Notes under the pieces: generated by a model
Told to the model about the DNA's origin: nothing
Databases searched by the model: none
The model's input: only the letters and a program-made list of their open reading frames with translations
Shown: positions 33,172 to 45,971 of the stretch, in pieces
How the letters are laid out: every line of letters starts with the position of its first letter
How positions within the stretch are numbered: the stretch's first letter is position 1
Source of the DNA: an uncultured Candidatus Rokubacteria bacterium
GTDB taxonomy: Bacteria; Methylomirabilota; Methylomirabilia; Rokubacteriales; CSP1-6
Length of the DNA: 64,000 nt
Direction: 5' to 3'
Assembly (NCBI GenBank): GCA_963758635.1
Contig: CAVWWD010000005.1
Coordinates: forward strand, 256,001 to 320,000
Program-made: the position numbers and the translations under genes

Positions 33172-35286
33172 TCATATGGAGGGAGCGCGGCGCCGGCAGA
33201 CGAGCGACAGCTCGACCTCCCAGTCCGCGCCGGGCACGAGCTCGATCGGCCAGGCCACGAGGATGGCCGAGCCCTGGTAGATGCGCTCGAAGCCGGCTTC
33301 CGAGAGGGACACGGTCTCCACCGGCGCCCAGCCGAGGTCGCCGGGCCGGCTCCAGCCGACATCGACCTCCGCTCCCAGCCACTCGTCGACCATGGCGAGG
33401 TCGCGCGCGGCCTCGCGCCTGCCGCAACTGCCAAGGGACGGCTGCCCGGGCAGCCGGTAGAAGCGTCCCGGGGCGTCCCCCGCGGTGAGAGCCAGGTTGA
33501 GCTGCACGGCCCAGCGGGCGCGCAGCGTCTCGGCTCCGCTCCAGCGGAGCCGGTAGCGCGCGATCACGCCGGCGCCGACGTGCGCGATGCTCACCTGCTT
33601 GTCCACGGCGAGCGGCACGTCGCCGGCGGGCTCGAGGGCCAGACGGACCTCGGTGTGCGTGGTGGTCTCGGCCACCGCGTGGCGCATGCGGAGGGCGCCG
33701 AGCGCCACGCGCGCGGCCGGCCACGGATGGAGCGCGTCGAGGGGCGCCGGCCCGGGGGGAAACAGGCCGTCGAGCAGCGAGGCGCGCCGGAACGCGTCCT
33801 CGGCGAGCCGCGCGGCGAGGCCTGCCTCCTTGGCCTCCGGCGCGTCGTGGATGTTCCGCACGCCATCCGTCCGCTGACCCGGGGCATCCCGTTTCCTGAG
33901 CTGGCGGTGATACACCTCGCGGCGCCGCGCGAGCACGTCGGCCAGGTCCACGCCCGCGGGGAAGAACACCAGCTCGGTCAGGGTGCCGCCCGCCGCCGGC
34001 TCGACAGTGACGGCGAGCTCGGCGCTGCGCACGCGCACCTCGACCTGTCCGTCGCCGTCGAGGTCCCCCTCCTCCGTCATCCGCGCGGGCAGGGCGCCCG
34101 CGGCCACCAGGCGCGCCTCCGCGCCGGCCAGGGCAGTGCGCGCGGCCCGTCGCAGGTGGGGCAGATAGCAGCCGCCGAACACCCCGTGCCAGTAGGCGTC
34201 GTTGGCCTGCCCTCGCCACAGAAGCTCGCGCGCCTCGATGAGCGCGGGGTCGCCGGGCCGGGCGGCGAGGGCGTCGCGCACGCGGTGCGAGAGGCGGAGC
34301 ATGCGCCAGTAGGCGTCGCCCACCTCCGGGTACTTCACGAGGAACCCCCGCCAGAACCCTCCACGGAGGAGCCGCACGAGCCGCTCGCCGTCGGGCAGCG
34401 CCCGCAGGCGCTCCGCGGTCTCCTCGAGGTCTAGGGCGGCGGCGGCGGGCAGCGACCACTCGCCCATCTCCGTGTACGACGCGGTCGGCAGATAGGCGCG
34501 CCCGGTCGCCGGCGCGCCGTCCAGGTAGCGCGAGAACGTGGTCACGGCGAGCCCGGGCGCGGCGGCGAGCGCCTCGAAGAAGCGCGGCAGCCATCGCTCC
34601 TTGTAGCAGAGGGCGTGGGTGCCGGGCCAGACGCCGAACTTCTCACCGTCGTCGACCAGCGTGACCGCGCCGGCGCCCTCGCGCGTGGCGAGGTAGCGCA
34701 CGCTCTCCCCGGGATCCGAAAACGGCACCAGGTAGCGGAGCCGGCGGCTGATCGGGAACACGGCGAGCCGCGCCCCCTGCTCCTCGGTGAGGTAGTAGCC
34801 GCCGAGGGTCTCCGGGTCGAAGCCGACGAGGGCGAAGTGCTGGTCGTCGACCAGGACGAACTCGACGCCGGCCTCGACGAGGGCGCGCGGCAGATGCGGC
34901 TCCCAGACCCGCTCGGCCAGCCACATGCCGCGGGCGCGCACGCCGAGCTCGCGGCGCAGGAACTCGGTCAGGGCCTGGATCTGGCCGACCTTGTCCCAGT
35001 CCGGCAGCATCGGCAGCACCGGCTCGTAGAAGCCGCCGGTGAGGAGCTCCACGCGGCCGGCGGCGGCCAGCGTCCCGAGGCGGTCGAAGGTGGGGCGGGC
35101 GTGCTCGCGGAACCAGGCGAGGAGGCCGCCCGAGCAGTGCACGGTGATGGCGAGGTCGTCCACGTCGGCGAGGCAGCGCAGGAACGGGTCGTACGCCTGC
35201 ACGGTCGCCTCGTGGACGACCGACTCGAAGTTGCCCACGGGCTGGTGGTTGTGGATGCCGAAGAGGAACGACCGCCGCTCACTCAC
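33172..35286 (-). CDS. GH57 alpha-amylase/4-alpha-glucanotransferase
   Basis: HNHQPVGNF, GGFYEPVL, WLAERVWEP, DDGEKFGVWPGT, QANDAYWHGVFGG. Confidence 0.92.
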   Translation of the reverse strand: MSERRSFLFGIHNHQPVGNFESVVHEATVQAYDPFLRCLADVDDLAITVHCSGGLLAWFREHARPTFDRLGTLAAAGRVELLTGGFYEPVLPMLPDWDKVGQIQALTEFLRRELGVRARGMWLAERVWEPHLPRALVEAGVEFVLVDDQHFALVGFDPETLGGYYLTEEQGARLAVFPISRRLRYLVPFSDPGESVRYLATREGAGAVTLVDDGEKFGVWPGTHALCYKERWLPRFFEALAAAPGLAVTTFSRYLDGAPATGRAYLPTASYTEMGEWSLPAAAALDLEETAERLRALPDGERLVRLLRGGFWRGFLVKYPEVGDAYWRMLRLSHRVRDALAARPGDPALIEARELLWRGQANDAYWHGVFGGCYLPHLRRAARTALAGAEARLVAAGALPARMTEEGDLDGDGQVEVRVRSAELAVTVEPAAGGTLTELVFFPAGVDLADVLARRREVYHRQLRKRDAPGQRTDGVRNIHDAPEAKEAGLAARLAEDAFRRASLLDGLFPPGPAPLDALHPWPAARVALGALRMRHAVAETTTHTEVRLALEPAGDVPLAVDKQVSIAHVGAGVIARYRLRWSGAETLRARWAVQLNLALTAGDAPGRFYRLPGQPSLGSCGRREAARDLAMVDEWLGAEVDVGWSRPGDLGWAPVETVSLSEAGFERIYQGSAILVAWPIELVPGADWEVELSLVCRRRAPSI

Positions 35287-36172
35287 GGCCGAGGTCGCGG
35301 TGGCGGACGAGCGGCGGGAACCCGAGCTTCTCGAGGCGTCCTCGGAGCGCCTCCACCACGGCCACCGACCGGTGCCGGCCGCCTGTGCAGCCGATCGCCA
35401 CCGATAGGTAGGCTTTGCCCTCCCGCCGGTACAGCGGGAGGAGGAACTCGACCAGGCTGCCCAGCCGGTCGAGGAGCTCGCAGCTCTCCGCGTGCGAGAA
35501 GACGAAGTCCGCCACCGGCGCGTCCCGGCCGTCGAGCGCGCGCAGCCCGGAGACGAAGTGCGGGTTGGGCAGGAAGCGCACGTCGAAGACGAGGTCGGCG
35601 TCGTAGGGGATGCCGTGCTTGTAGCCGAACGAGACGAGCGACACCGTGAGCACGCCGGCCTCCCGGGGCGCGGCGTAGATGTTGATCAGCTGCTCCTTGA
35701 GCTGGTGCACGGTGAGGCCGGTGGTGTCGATGATGCGATCGGCCACCTCGCGCAGGTACGCCAGGGCCTTCCGCTCGGCCTGGATCCCGTCGCCCACGTT
35801 GCCGTCGCCGGCCAGCGGGTGGCGACGGCGGGTCTCGTGGTAACGCCGCACCAGCACCTCGTCGGACGCCTCCAGGAACAGGACCTCCGGGACGTGTCCC
35901 TTCCCGCGGAGCTCCTGGAGGATCTCCAGGAGGTGGTCGAGGTACGCGCCCTCCCGCACGTCCACGCCGAGCGCGATCTTGCGGATGTCGCGGTGGGAGT
36001 GGCCGCACAGCTCGACGAACGTCGGGATCAGGGTCGTGGGCAGGTTGTCCACGCAGAAGTAGCTCAGATCCTCGAGGCACTTGATGGCGTAGCTCTTCCC
36101 CGCCCCGCTGAGCCCCGTGATGATCACGAAGCGGAGCGCGTCCGTCTCGATGGGAACCGGGGACAGGCTCAC
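35279..36172 (-). CDS. rapZ: RNase adapter RapZ (YvcJ)
   Basis: TGLSGAGKS, CVDNLP, ETRRRHPL, DVRFLPNP, GCTGGRHRSV. Confidence 0.96.
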   Translation of the reverse strand: MSLSPVPIETDALRFVIITGLSGAGKSYAIKCLEDLSYFCVDNLPTTLIPTFVELCGHSHRDIRKIALGVDVREGAYLDHLLEILQELRGKGHVPEVLFLEASDEVLVRRYHETRRRHPLAGDGNVGDGIQAERKALAYLREVADRIIDTTGLTVHQLKEQLINIYAAPREAGVLTVSLVSFGYKHGIPYDADLVFDVRFLPNPHFVSGLRALDGRDAPVADFVFSHAESCELLDRLGSLVEFLLPLYRREGKAYLSVAIGCTGGRHRSVAVVEALRGRLEKLGFPPLVRHRDLGRE

Positions 36173-36696
36173 GCGACCGGCTCGATGAGGCCGAGGCCGC
36201 CGTCCTTGCGGCGGTACAGGACGTTGACGGCCTCGGTGCGCGCGTTCTCGAACACCAGGAACTGCTCGCGCCCGAGCCGGAACTGCTCCACCGCTTCCTC
36301 GACGGACATGGGCTTCGGCGCGACCTGCCGGACCACGAGGTCGCGGACGGCGGGTGGCGTCGCCGGCGCGGCGGGGGCAAGGGGCCGGCGCACCCCCGCG
36401 CGCCGCGCCTTGTGAGCGCGCGCCCGGTCCTTGGCCTGGCGCACCTGGCGGGCGAGCGCAGCCACGGCCAGGTCCACCGCGACGGCGAGATCCTCGTCGG
36501 TCTCCGCGCTGTGGAAGGTGTGGTGCTTGGCCACCAGGCTCAACGCCGCCGTCCGCCGATGCTTCTCGCGCGAGAGCACGATGCGCGCCTCGAGGGGCTT
36601 CGGGGTCAGGCGCTCGAGCTTGGCGAGACGGCGCGAGAGGGCGTCCTTGTAGGTCGTCGAGATCGTGAGGCCGCGCGCGCTGATGATGAGCTGCAT
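36169..36696 (-). CDS. hpf: Ribosome hibernation promoting factor (long HPF)
   Basis: MQLIISARG, KPMSVEEAV, VNVLYRRKDGGLGLIEP; directly after rpoN. Confidence 0.9.
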   Translation of the reverse strand: MQLIISARGLTISTTYKDALSRRLAKLERLTPKPLEARIVLSREKHRRTAALSLVAKHHTFHSAETDEDLAVAVDLAVAALARQVRQAKDRARAHKARRAGVRRPLAPAAPATPPAVRDLVVRQVAPKPMSVEEAVEQFRLGREQFLVFENARTEAVNVLYRRKDGGLGLIEPVA

Positions 36697-36710
36697 GGCG
36701 GCGTGACCGA

Positions 36711-38167
36711 CTAGCGCTTCCGGGGGACGAGCCGCCGCTGGTGGGACGGCAGGATGTTCAGCTCCTCGCGGTACTTCGCCACGGTGCGCCGAGCGATGTT
36801 GAGCCCCTTCGCGTGCAGCGCGCCCGCCACGTCCTGATCGGACAGCGGCTTGCCGGAGTCCTCGGCCTCGACCAGGTCCCGGATCATCTTCTTCACCGAC
36901 ACCGACGACACCACCTCGCCGTTGCTCGAGGGGATGCCGCTGTGGAAGAAGTACTTGAGCTCGAACAGGCCCTGCGGCGTCTGCACGTACTTGTTGGTCG
37001 TCACGCGGCTGATCGTGGACTCGTGCATGCCGATGTCCTCACCCACGTCGCGGAGGGCGAGCGGACGCAGGTGCGTCAGGCCCTTGTCGAGGAAGTCGCG
37101 CTGGAACTTGACGAGGCTGTGCGCGACCTTGCGGAGGGTGCGCTGCCGCTGCTCCACGCTCTTGATGAGCCAGAGGGCGGAGCGGACCTTCTGCTCCACG
37201 AACGACTTGTCCTCGCCGGCGGAGCCGCGCAGGAGCGACCGGTAGAGCGAGTTCACGCGCAGGCGCGGGATGCCTTCCTCGTTGAGGATCACCACGTACT
37301 CCCCGCCCACCTTCTGCACCGTCACGTCGGGCGAGATGTAGCGCGACTCCACGATGGCGAAGCGGCGGCCCGGCTTCGGCTCCAGGCCCTGGATCTCCTC
37401 GATCGACTCCATGATCCGGTCCACCGGAAGCTTCATGACCCGGGCGATCTCGGCGTACCGGCGGCGCTCGAGGTCGTCGAGATGACGCTCGAGGATCTCC
37501 ACCGTCACCGGGTCGGGCATCGGGATCGGCGCGGATCTGGAGCAGCAGGCACTCCTGGATGCTGCGCGCGGCCACGCCGGTGGGATCGAAGCCCTGCACC
37601 AGCGCGAGCACCTTCTGCCACGTCCTCGGCGGGCTGGCCCACGAGCCCGGCGATCTCGCCGACCTCGGCGCGGAGGTAGCCGTCGTCGTCCAGGTTGCCG
37701 ATGATGCTCTCGCCGATGCCGATGATCGTCTCGTCGTCGGTGGCGTGCCGGAGCTGCTCGGTAAGGTGCTCGGTGAGCGAGGTCTCACGGCTGCCGAGGT
37801 TCTCGAACGGCATCTCCTCCCGCTCCTCGGTGGAGACGGGGGTACGCTCGTCGTGCTGGTCCCACATCGCCGAGGTCAGGTCGAAGGGCAGGTCGGAGGC
37901 GCGCTCCTCCTCGACCGTGCTCGTCTCCTTCGACACCGGCTCCGTGACCCCCGGCGCGGTCATGGGCTCCATCTGCTCGGCCACCTGCTCTTCCTGCGGG
38001 GCGTCCGGGCTGTTGTCGGGGGTGACCTCCTCGAGCAGGGGGTTCTCGTTGAGCTCCTGCTCGACGACCTCCTTCAGCTCGAGGGTGGAGAGCTGCAGGA
38101 GCTGGATGGCCTGCTGCAGCAACGGGGTCATGACGAGCCGCTGGGTCTGGCGCAAGGCAAGTCGCAT
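36711..38167 (-). CDS. rpoN: RNA polymerase sigma-54 factor; frameshifts near 37620 and 37520
   Basis: MTPLLQQAIQLLQL, GNLDDDGYL, HESTISRVTTNKY, ARRTVAKYRE (RpoN box). Confidence 0.95.
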
Positions 38168-38186
38168 GGCTCAAGCCTTTTTCGAG

Positions 38187-38225
38187 ATGGGGGGGAGCGG
38201 CGCCGCTCCTCCCCCATGCCCCCCC
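38187..38225 (-). repeat. G-rich REP-like palindrome, second copy
   Basis: Minus strand GGGGGGCATGGGGGAGGAGCGGCGCCGCTCCCCCCCATC resembles 31884-31920. Confidence 0.6.
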
Positions 38226-38333
38226 ACCACAACGTTTCGTGCGTGGGAGGCAGATGTCATTCCTGGCCGGTGGCTTCTCATCCGGACCATCGTCGCTGCT
38301 CCTCCCCTCGCGGCTCGTCCGAGCTCGCTCCGC

Positions 38334-39056
38334 TCACAGGGAGAACTTCTCACCGAGGTAAATCTCGCGGACGCGCGGGTTCTGGGCCAGCTCCGACGCG
38401 GTGCCGGCGGCCAGGATCTGGCCGTCGTACAGGATGTAGGCACGGTCGGTGATGGCCAGCGTCTCGCGGACGTTGTGATCGGTGATGAGGACCCCGATGC
38501 CGCGCTCCTTCAGCCGCGCGACGATCTCCTGGATGTCGCCGATGGCGATGGGGTCGATGCCGGTGAAGGGCTCGTCGAGCAGCAGGTATCGGGGCTGGGT
38601 CACGAGCGCGCGTGTGATCTCGAGGCGCCGCCGCTCGCCCCCCGACAGCGTGAAGGCCTTGTGGCGGGCCAGCGGCGCGAGGTCGAGCTCGTCGAGCAGC
38701 TCGCGCAGGCGCTCGCTTCGCTCGGTCTCGTTGAGGTCGAGGGTCTCGAGGATGGCGAGCAGGTTCTCCTCGACCGTGAGCTTCCGGAACACCGACGACT
38801 CCTGCGGCAGGTAGCCCATGCCCTGCCGGCAGCGCATGTACATCGGGAGATCCGTGATGTCCTGCCCCTCGAGGAAGATGCGCCCGCCCTCGGGCCGCAG
38901 CAGCCCCACGATCATGTAGAACGACGTGGTCTTGCCCGCGCCGTTCGGCCCGAGCAGCCCGACGACCTCGCCCCGGTGGATGTCGAGGCTCACGCGGTCG
39001 ACCACCAGCCGGCTGCGGAACCGCTTGATCAAGCCCTGGGCGATGAGGCCTTCCAT
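38334..39056 (-). CDS. lptB: LPS export ABC transporter ATPase
   Basis: [51 protein letters not shown]. Confidence 0.97.
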   Translation of the reverse strand: MEGLIAQGLIKRFRSRLVVDRVSLDIHRGEVVGLLGPNGAGKTTSFYMIVGLLRPEGGRIFLEGQDITDLPMYMRCRQGMGYLPQESSVFRKLTVEENLLAILETLDLNETERSERLRELLDELDLAPLARHKAFTLSGGERRRLEITRALVTQPRYLLLDEPFTGIDPIAIGDIQEIVARLKERGIGVLITDHNVRETLAITDRAYILYDGQILAAGTASELAQNPRVREIYLGEKFSL

Positions 39057-39057
39057 G

Positions 39058-39169
39058 CGAATGCACGCTTAGGGAAACGTGGTGGCGCTTGGGCTTCGCG
39101 CGGGATCGATGATCGACTGCACGCTTATGGACAGATGGTGGCGCTTGGCGTTCGCATGGGATCGACTGC
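39058..39169. repeat. Diverged ~49-56-bp direct repeat (x2.2) between lptA and lptB
   Basis: TGCACGCTTA…TGGTGGCGCTTGG…TTCGC…GGGATCGA at 39062 and 39118. Confidence 0.8.
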
Positions 39170-39245
39170 GTTGCGGCCCGAAGCGCCCCCGCGCCCCCGG
39201 CCGCGGACGACCCGCGCGGGACAGCTCCGATATCTGGCCGTTCGG

Positions 39246-39914
39246 TCAGGAGCATGTCTTGGCGGGCTTGGGGGCACCGTCGGGGGGCTTGGGCTGGTCG
39301 TCGCGCTTCTGGTGGAAGACGGCCTTCACGCGTTCCTGGCGGCCGCCCTCGACCACGCTCCGGTCCTCGGCCATGTACATCGTGATGCGCTCGCCGGTGA
39401 CCACGTTGTCGTCCTGCCACACGCGCGCGTTGCCGATCAGGATCACGCGCTGCTCGGCGTCGTAGTACTCGGCGCGGCGCGCGGTGCCGGTGCGGCAGTC
39501 CTTGGTGATGATGCGGACGCTCCCCGTGGACACCGTCCGCACGATGCGATCGCCCGACGCGTCCAGGTACACCTCCAGGCGGTCCGCGTACTGGACGGAG
39601 CCGTCCTGACGTGCCACGACGTTGCCGGTGAAGATGACGAGGCCTTCCTTCTGGAGCGACTCGAGCTGGTCCGCATCGACCGTCACCGGCTGCGCCTGCT
39701 TGCCGGTGGCCGCGGGCTCGCTCGTGCCCGCCTTGCCACCCGCGTCGGCCGGCCGCGACGGTCCGGAGGCCGCCGGGCTGGGCGCCGTCGGGCTCGAGGC
39801 CGCGGGGCGACGCGGCGTGGACGACTGCGCGCTCGCCTCGTCGGGCGCCACCACGGCGAGCGTCAGGGCCGCCGCGAGTGCCACCGCGAGCCCGGCCATC
39901 GCGCGCGTGCTCAT
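39246..39914 (-). CDS. lptA: LPS transport periplasmic protein LptA/OstA
   Basis: Signal peptide; VTVDADQL, FTGNVVARQ, GNARVWQDDNVVTGERI; synteny. Confidence 0.88.
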   Translation of the reverse strand: MSTRAMAGLAVALAAALTLAVVAPDEASAQSSTPRRPAASSPTAPSPAASGPSRPADAGGKAGTSEPAATGKQAQPVTVDADQLESLQKEGLVIFTGNVVARQDGSVQYADRLEVYLDASGDRIVRTVSTGSVRIITKDCRTGTARRAEYYDAEQRVILIGNARVWQDDNVVTGERITMYMAEDRSVVEGGRQERVKAVFHQKRDDQPKPPDGAPKPAKTCS

Positions 39915-40483
39915 CGGCCGGCCTTCGCGTCGAACACCGCGCGCACCGGACCCTTCACCGTCGTGATCTGCTTGTCCACGAACGCCTCCAGTCCGCCACC
40001 CTTCACCACCGCGCCCGGGCGGTACAAGGTGACGGGCTCGTTGGTCCAGGCGCGCTGCTCGGTGCCTTGCCAGGACAGCCGCGTCGTCTCGAGCCGGAGA
40101 CCGTCGCTCGACACCAGGACGACATTGCCTCGCAGCTCCACGTCCTTGCTCGCCTGCACCATTTCCGCCTCGTCTCCCGTGACCGTCCAGGTCTGGCCGC
40201 CCTTCTCGATGCCGATCCGGACCTTCTTCAGGATGGTCTTGCCCGACTGCTCGAACGTCTCGGCCTGGGCAGCGTCGAGCTGCCACTTGGTGCCGTCACG
40301 CCCCTCCTCGCGGAGCTGGACCTCCTTGACCCGGTAATCGGCTTTCGTCGGCTCCGACTGGGCGACCTCCGACCGCGTGGCCCGCCCCTTTGCGACCAGC
40401 ATGGTGACGATGGTCGCCACGAAGAGGACCACACCTATGAGGATAACGCGCGCGACGAACCTGGTATGCAAAATCAATACCAC
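39911..40483 (-). CDS. lptC: LPS export protein LptC (start possibly TTG 40471)
   Basis: N-terminal TM helix, WQLDAAQA, LRGNVV…LETTRLSW; synteny. Confidence 0.85.
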   Translation of the reverse strand: MVLILHTRFVARVILIGVVLFVATIVTMLVAKGRATRSEVAQSEPTKADYRVKEVQLREEGRDGTKWQLDAAQAETFEQSGKTILKKVRIGIEKGGQTWTVTGDEAEMVQASKDVELRGNVVLVSSDGLRLETTRLSWQGTEQRAWTNEPVTLYRPGAVVKGGGLEAFVDKQITTVKGPVRAVFDAKAGR

Positions 40484-40544
40484 CCTAGCACACGATGCGG
40501 CGGCGGCGCAACGAGAAGACTGACGCCGGTTTTGGGCTCGGTGT

Positions 40545-41072
40545 CTAACTTCTCGACGGTGGCCAGGCCCCCCGGGCCTTCAAGAGCAACTCTACCGCCT
40601 CCCTCACCGCTCCCGCGCCGCCGTGGCGGCTCGCCACCCAGTCGGCGGCGCGCCGCACCTCGGCCACCGCGTTGCCGGGAGCCAGCGCGAGGCCCGCGAG
40701 ACGCATCGGCGCGAGATCCGGGAGGTCATCGCCCATCACCGCCACCTCCGGCGCCGCGACGCCGAGCCGGGACATCGTCGCGGCGAGCACCGCGCCCTTG
40801 TCCGAGACCGCCTGGTGCACCTCGGTCACGCCCAGCTCGGCGAGGCGCCGCGTCACCGCGGGCGAGGCGCGGCCGGAGATGACGGCCAGCTCGAGGCCGG
40901 CGCGCCGCGCCTCGACCAGGGCCAGGCCGTCCTGCACGTCGAAGCGCTTCCACTCCTCGCCAGACGGGCCGTACAGGAGTCCGCCGTCGGTGAGGACGCC
41001 GTCAACGTCGAGGACGAGGAGCTTGACCCGGGCCGCGCGCGCGGCGAGCGTCCGGCGAGGGCGCGCGGCCAC
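40545..41072 (-). CDS. kdsC: KDO 8-phosphate phosphatase
   Basis: LDVDGVLTDG, FDVQDG, MGDDLPDL, GGAGAVRE. Confidence 0.93.
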   Translation of the reverse strand: MAARPRRTLAARAARVKLLVLDVDGVLTDGGLLYGPSGEEWKRFDVQDGLALVEARRAGLELAVISGRASPAVTRRLAELGVTEVHQAVSDKGAVLAATMSRLGVAAPEVAVMGDDLPDLAPMRLAGLALAPGNAVAEVRRAADWVASRHGGAGAVREAVELLLKARGAWPPSRS

Positions 41073-41078
41073 GGCTAG

Positions 41079-41157
41079 TGAGCCCCGCGCATGAGACGGT
41101 AATGCCGAGCGGGGGGACGGTAGAGGGCCGTGGCAGTGACCGTATTCTGCGGGGTCA
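41079..41157 (+). repeat. Dispersed ~78-bp hairpin element, copy C (most diverged)
   Basis: TGAGCCCCGCGCATGAGAC…TTCTGCGGGGTCA; its terminal TCA is the kdsD stop codon. Confidence 0.9.
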
Positions 41158-42138
41158 CAAGACGATCTTCGCGCGCAGGATGTCGTGCAGGTGGATGACG
41201 CCCTCGGGGCGTCCGAGCGCGTCGGTGATGACGAGGCTCGTGATGGGGCGGGGCTCGTGCGCTTCCATCGCGTCGAGGGCGCGCACGGCGAGCTCGTCGC
41301 GGCCCACGCGCGAAGGGTTCGTCGTCATGCACTCGGCCACCGTCCGGTCGAGCAGCGCGCCGCCCGCGAGCTGGAGCCGCCGCAGGTCGCCGTCGGTGAG
41401 GATGCCGACGAGCCGGCCCTCGGCGTCGGTCACCGTGGTCATGCCGAGCTGCTTGGACGTCATCTCCTCGATCGCCTGCTTCATCGTCGCGGTGTCGGCC
41501 ACGCAGGGCACCGCGTCGCCCGTGTGCATCAGGTCCGAGACCCTGAACAGCGACTTCCACCCGAGGCTGCCCGCGGGGTGCACGGCGGCGTAGTCCTCCG
41601 GACCGAGCCCGCGCGTCTCGAGGAGGGCCATGGCGAGGGCGTCGCCCATGGCGAGGGCGGCGGTGGTGCTGGAGGTCGGGGCCAGGTTCATCGGGCACGC
41701 TTCCTCGGGCACGCCCACGTCCACGACGACGTCCGACTGCCGCGCGAGCGACGACGCCGGATCGCCGGTCAGGAGCACGAGGGGAACGCCGAGGCGCTTG
41801 ATCACGGGCAGGAGGGCGAGCACCTCGCCGGTCTCACCCGAGTTCGACAGCGCGAGGACGACGTCGTCACGGGCCACCATCCCCAGATCGCCGTGCACGC
41901 CCTCGGCGGGGTGGAGGAAGTAGGCGGGCGTTCCGGTGGACGCGAGCGTGGCCGCGATCTTCCGCCCCACGTGGCTGGACTTGCCCATGCCGGTGACGAT
42001 CACCCGCCCGCGGCACCGGTAGAGCTGGTCGACGGCGTCGAGGAAGCGCGCATCGAGCCGCTCGGCCACGGCGCGGATGGCCTCCGCCTCGAGGCCGAGC
42101 ACGCGCCGGGCGAGCGCGAGGAGATCTCGAGGCGCCAT
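41155..42138 (-). CDS. kdsD: Arabinose-5-phosphate isomerase (SIS + CBS)
   Basis: GMGKSSHVGRKIAAT, HGDLG, SNSGET, LAPTSST, HPAGSLG, TDGDLRR. Confidence 0.95.
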   Translation of the reverse strand: MAPRDLLALARRVLGLEAEAIRAVAERLDARFLDAVDQLYRCRGRVIVTGMGKSSHVGRKIAATLASTGTPAYFLHPAEGVHGDLGMVARDDVVLALSNSGETGEVLALLPVIKRLGVPLVLLTGDPASSLARQSDVVVDVGVPEEACPMNLAPTSSTTAALAMGDALAMALLETRGLGPEDYAAVHPAGSLGWKSLFRVSDLMHTGDAVPCVADTATMKQAIEEMTSKQLGMTTVTDAEGRLVGILTDGDLRRLQLAGGALLDRTVAECMTTNPSRVGRDELAVRALDAMEAHEPRPITSLVITDALGRPEGVIHLHDILRAKIVL

Positions 42139-42979
42139 CACCCGCCCAGCCCCGCGCGGATCGCCCGGATCTCGTCGAGCAGGCGCGGCAGGTCGTCGAG
42201 CCGGAGCATGTTCGGGCCGTCGGACAGCGGCCGCCCGTCGGGCAGGGTCCGGTCGGGATCCTCGTGCATCTCCATGAAGAGCGCGTCCACCCCCACCGCG
42301 ACGGCGGCGCGCGCGAGGGCGGCCACGTACTGGCGCTCGCCGCCCGAGCGCGTGCCCTCGCCCCCGGGGAGCTGCACGGAGTGGGTGGCGTCGAACACCA
42401 CCGGATAGCCCATCGCCTGCATGATGGGCAGGCCCCGGAAGTCCACGACCAGGTTGTTGTAGCCGAAGCTCGTGCCGCGCTCGGTGAGCAGGATACCCTC
42501 GTTGCCGGTGGACCGGACCTTGTCGACCATGTTCGACATGTCGCGCGGCGCGACGAACTGCCCCTTCTTCACGTTCACCGGCTTACCGGTGCGCCCGCAC
42601 GCCAGCAGCAGGTCGGTCTGGCGGCACAGGAAGGCCGGCACCTGGAGGACGTCGAGCACCTCGGCCGCCGGCTCCACCTCGGACACGTCGTGCACGTCGG
42701 AGAGCACGGGGAGCCCGGTGACCGCCTTCACCTTCCTCAAGATCCGCAGCCCCTCCACGAGGCCGGGGCCGCGATACGAGCGGACGGAGAACCGGTTGGC
42801 CTTGTCGTAGGACGACTTGTAGACGAACGGCACGCCCGCCGAGTCGGTGATCCGCTGGAGCCGCTCGGCCACCATCAGGGCGTGGCGCTCGCTCTCGATC
42901 GCGCACGGGCCGCCGATGACGGCGAGCGGCGAGCCGCCGCCGACGGCGACACCGCCGATCCTGACGACGCGTGTGCCCG

Positions 42980-42983
<4 letters not shown>
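42138..42983 (-). CDS. kdsA: KDO 8-phosphate synthase
   Basis: [42 protein letters not shown]. Confidence 0.96.
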
Positions 42984-45969
<2,986 letters not shown>

Positions 45970-45971
45970 GG

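Noticed and set aside
38230..38290. Hammerhead-like GATGA…CGAAAC on the minus strand
   Set aside because: Core reads CGGAUGA rather than CUGAUGA and no convincing stem II forms
39080..39160. sigma54 -24/-12 promoter (TGGCGC…) in the lptA-lptB repeat
   Set aside because: No TTGC at the required spacing, and it is on the strand opposite the operon
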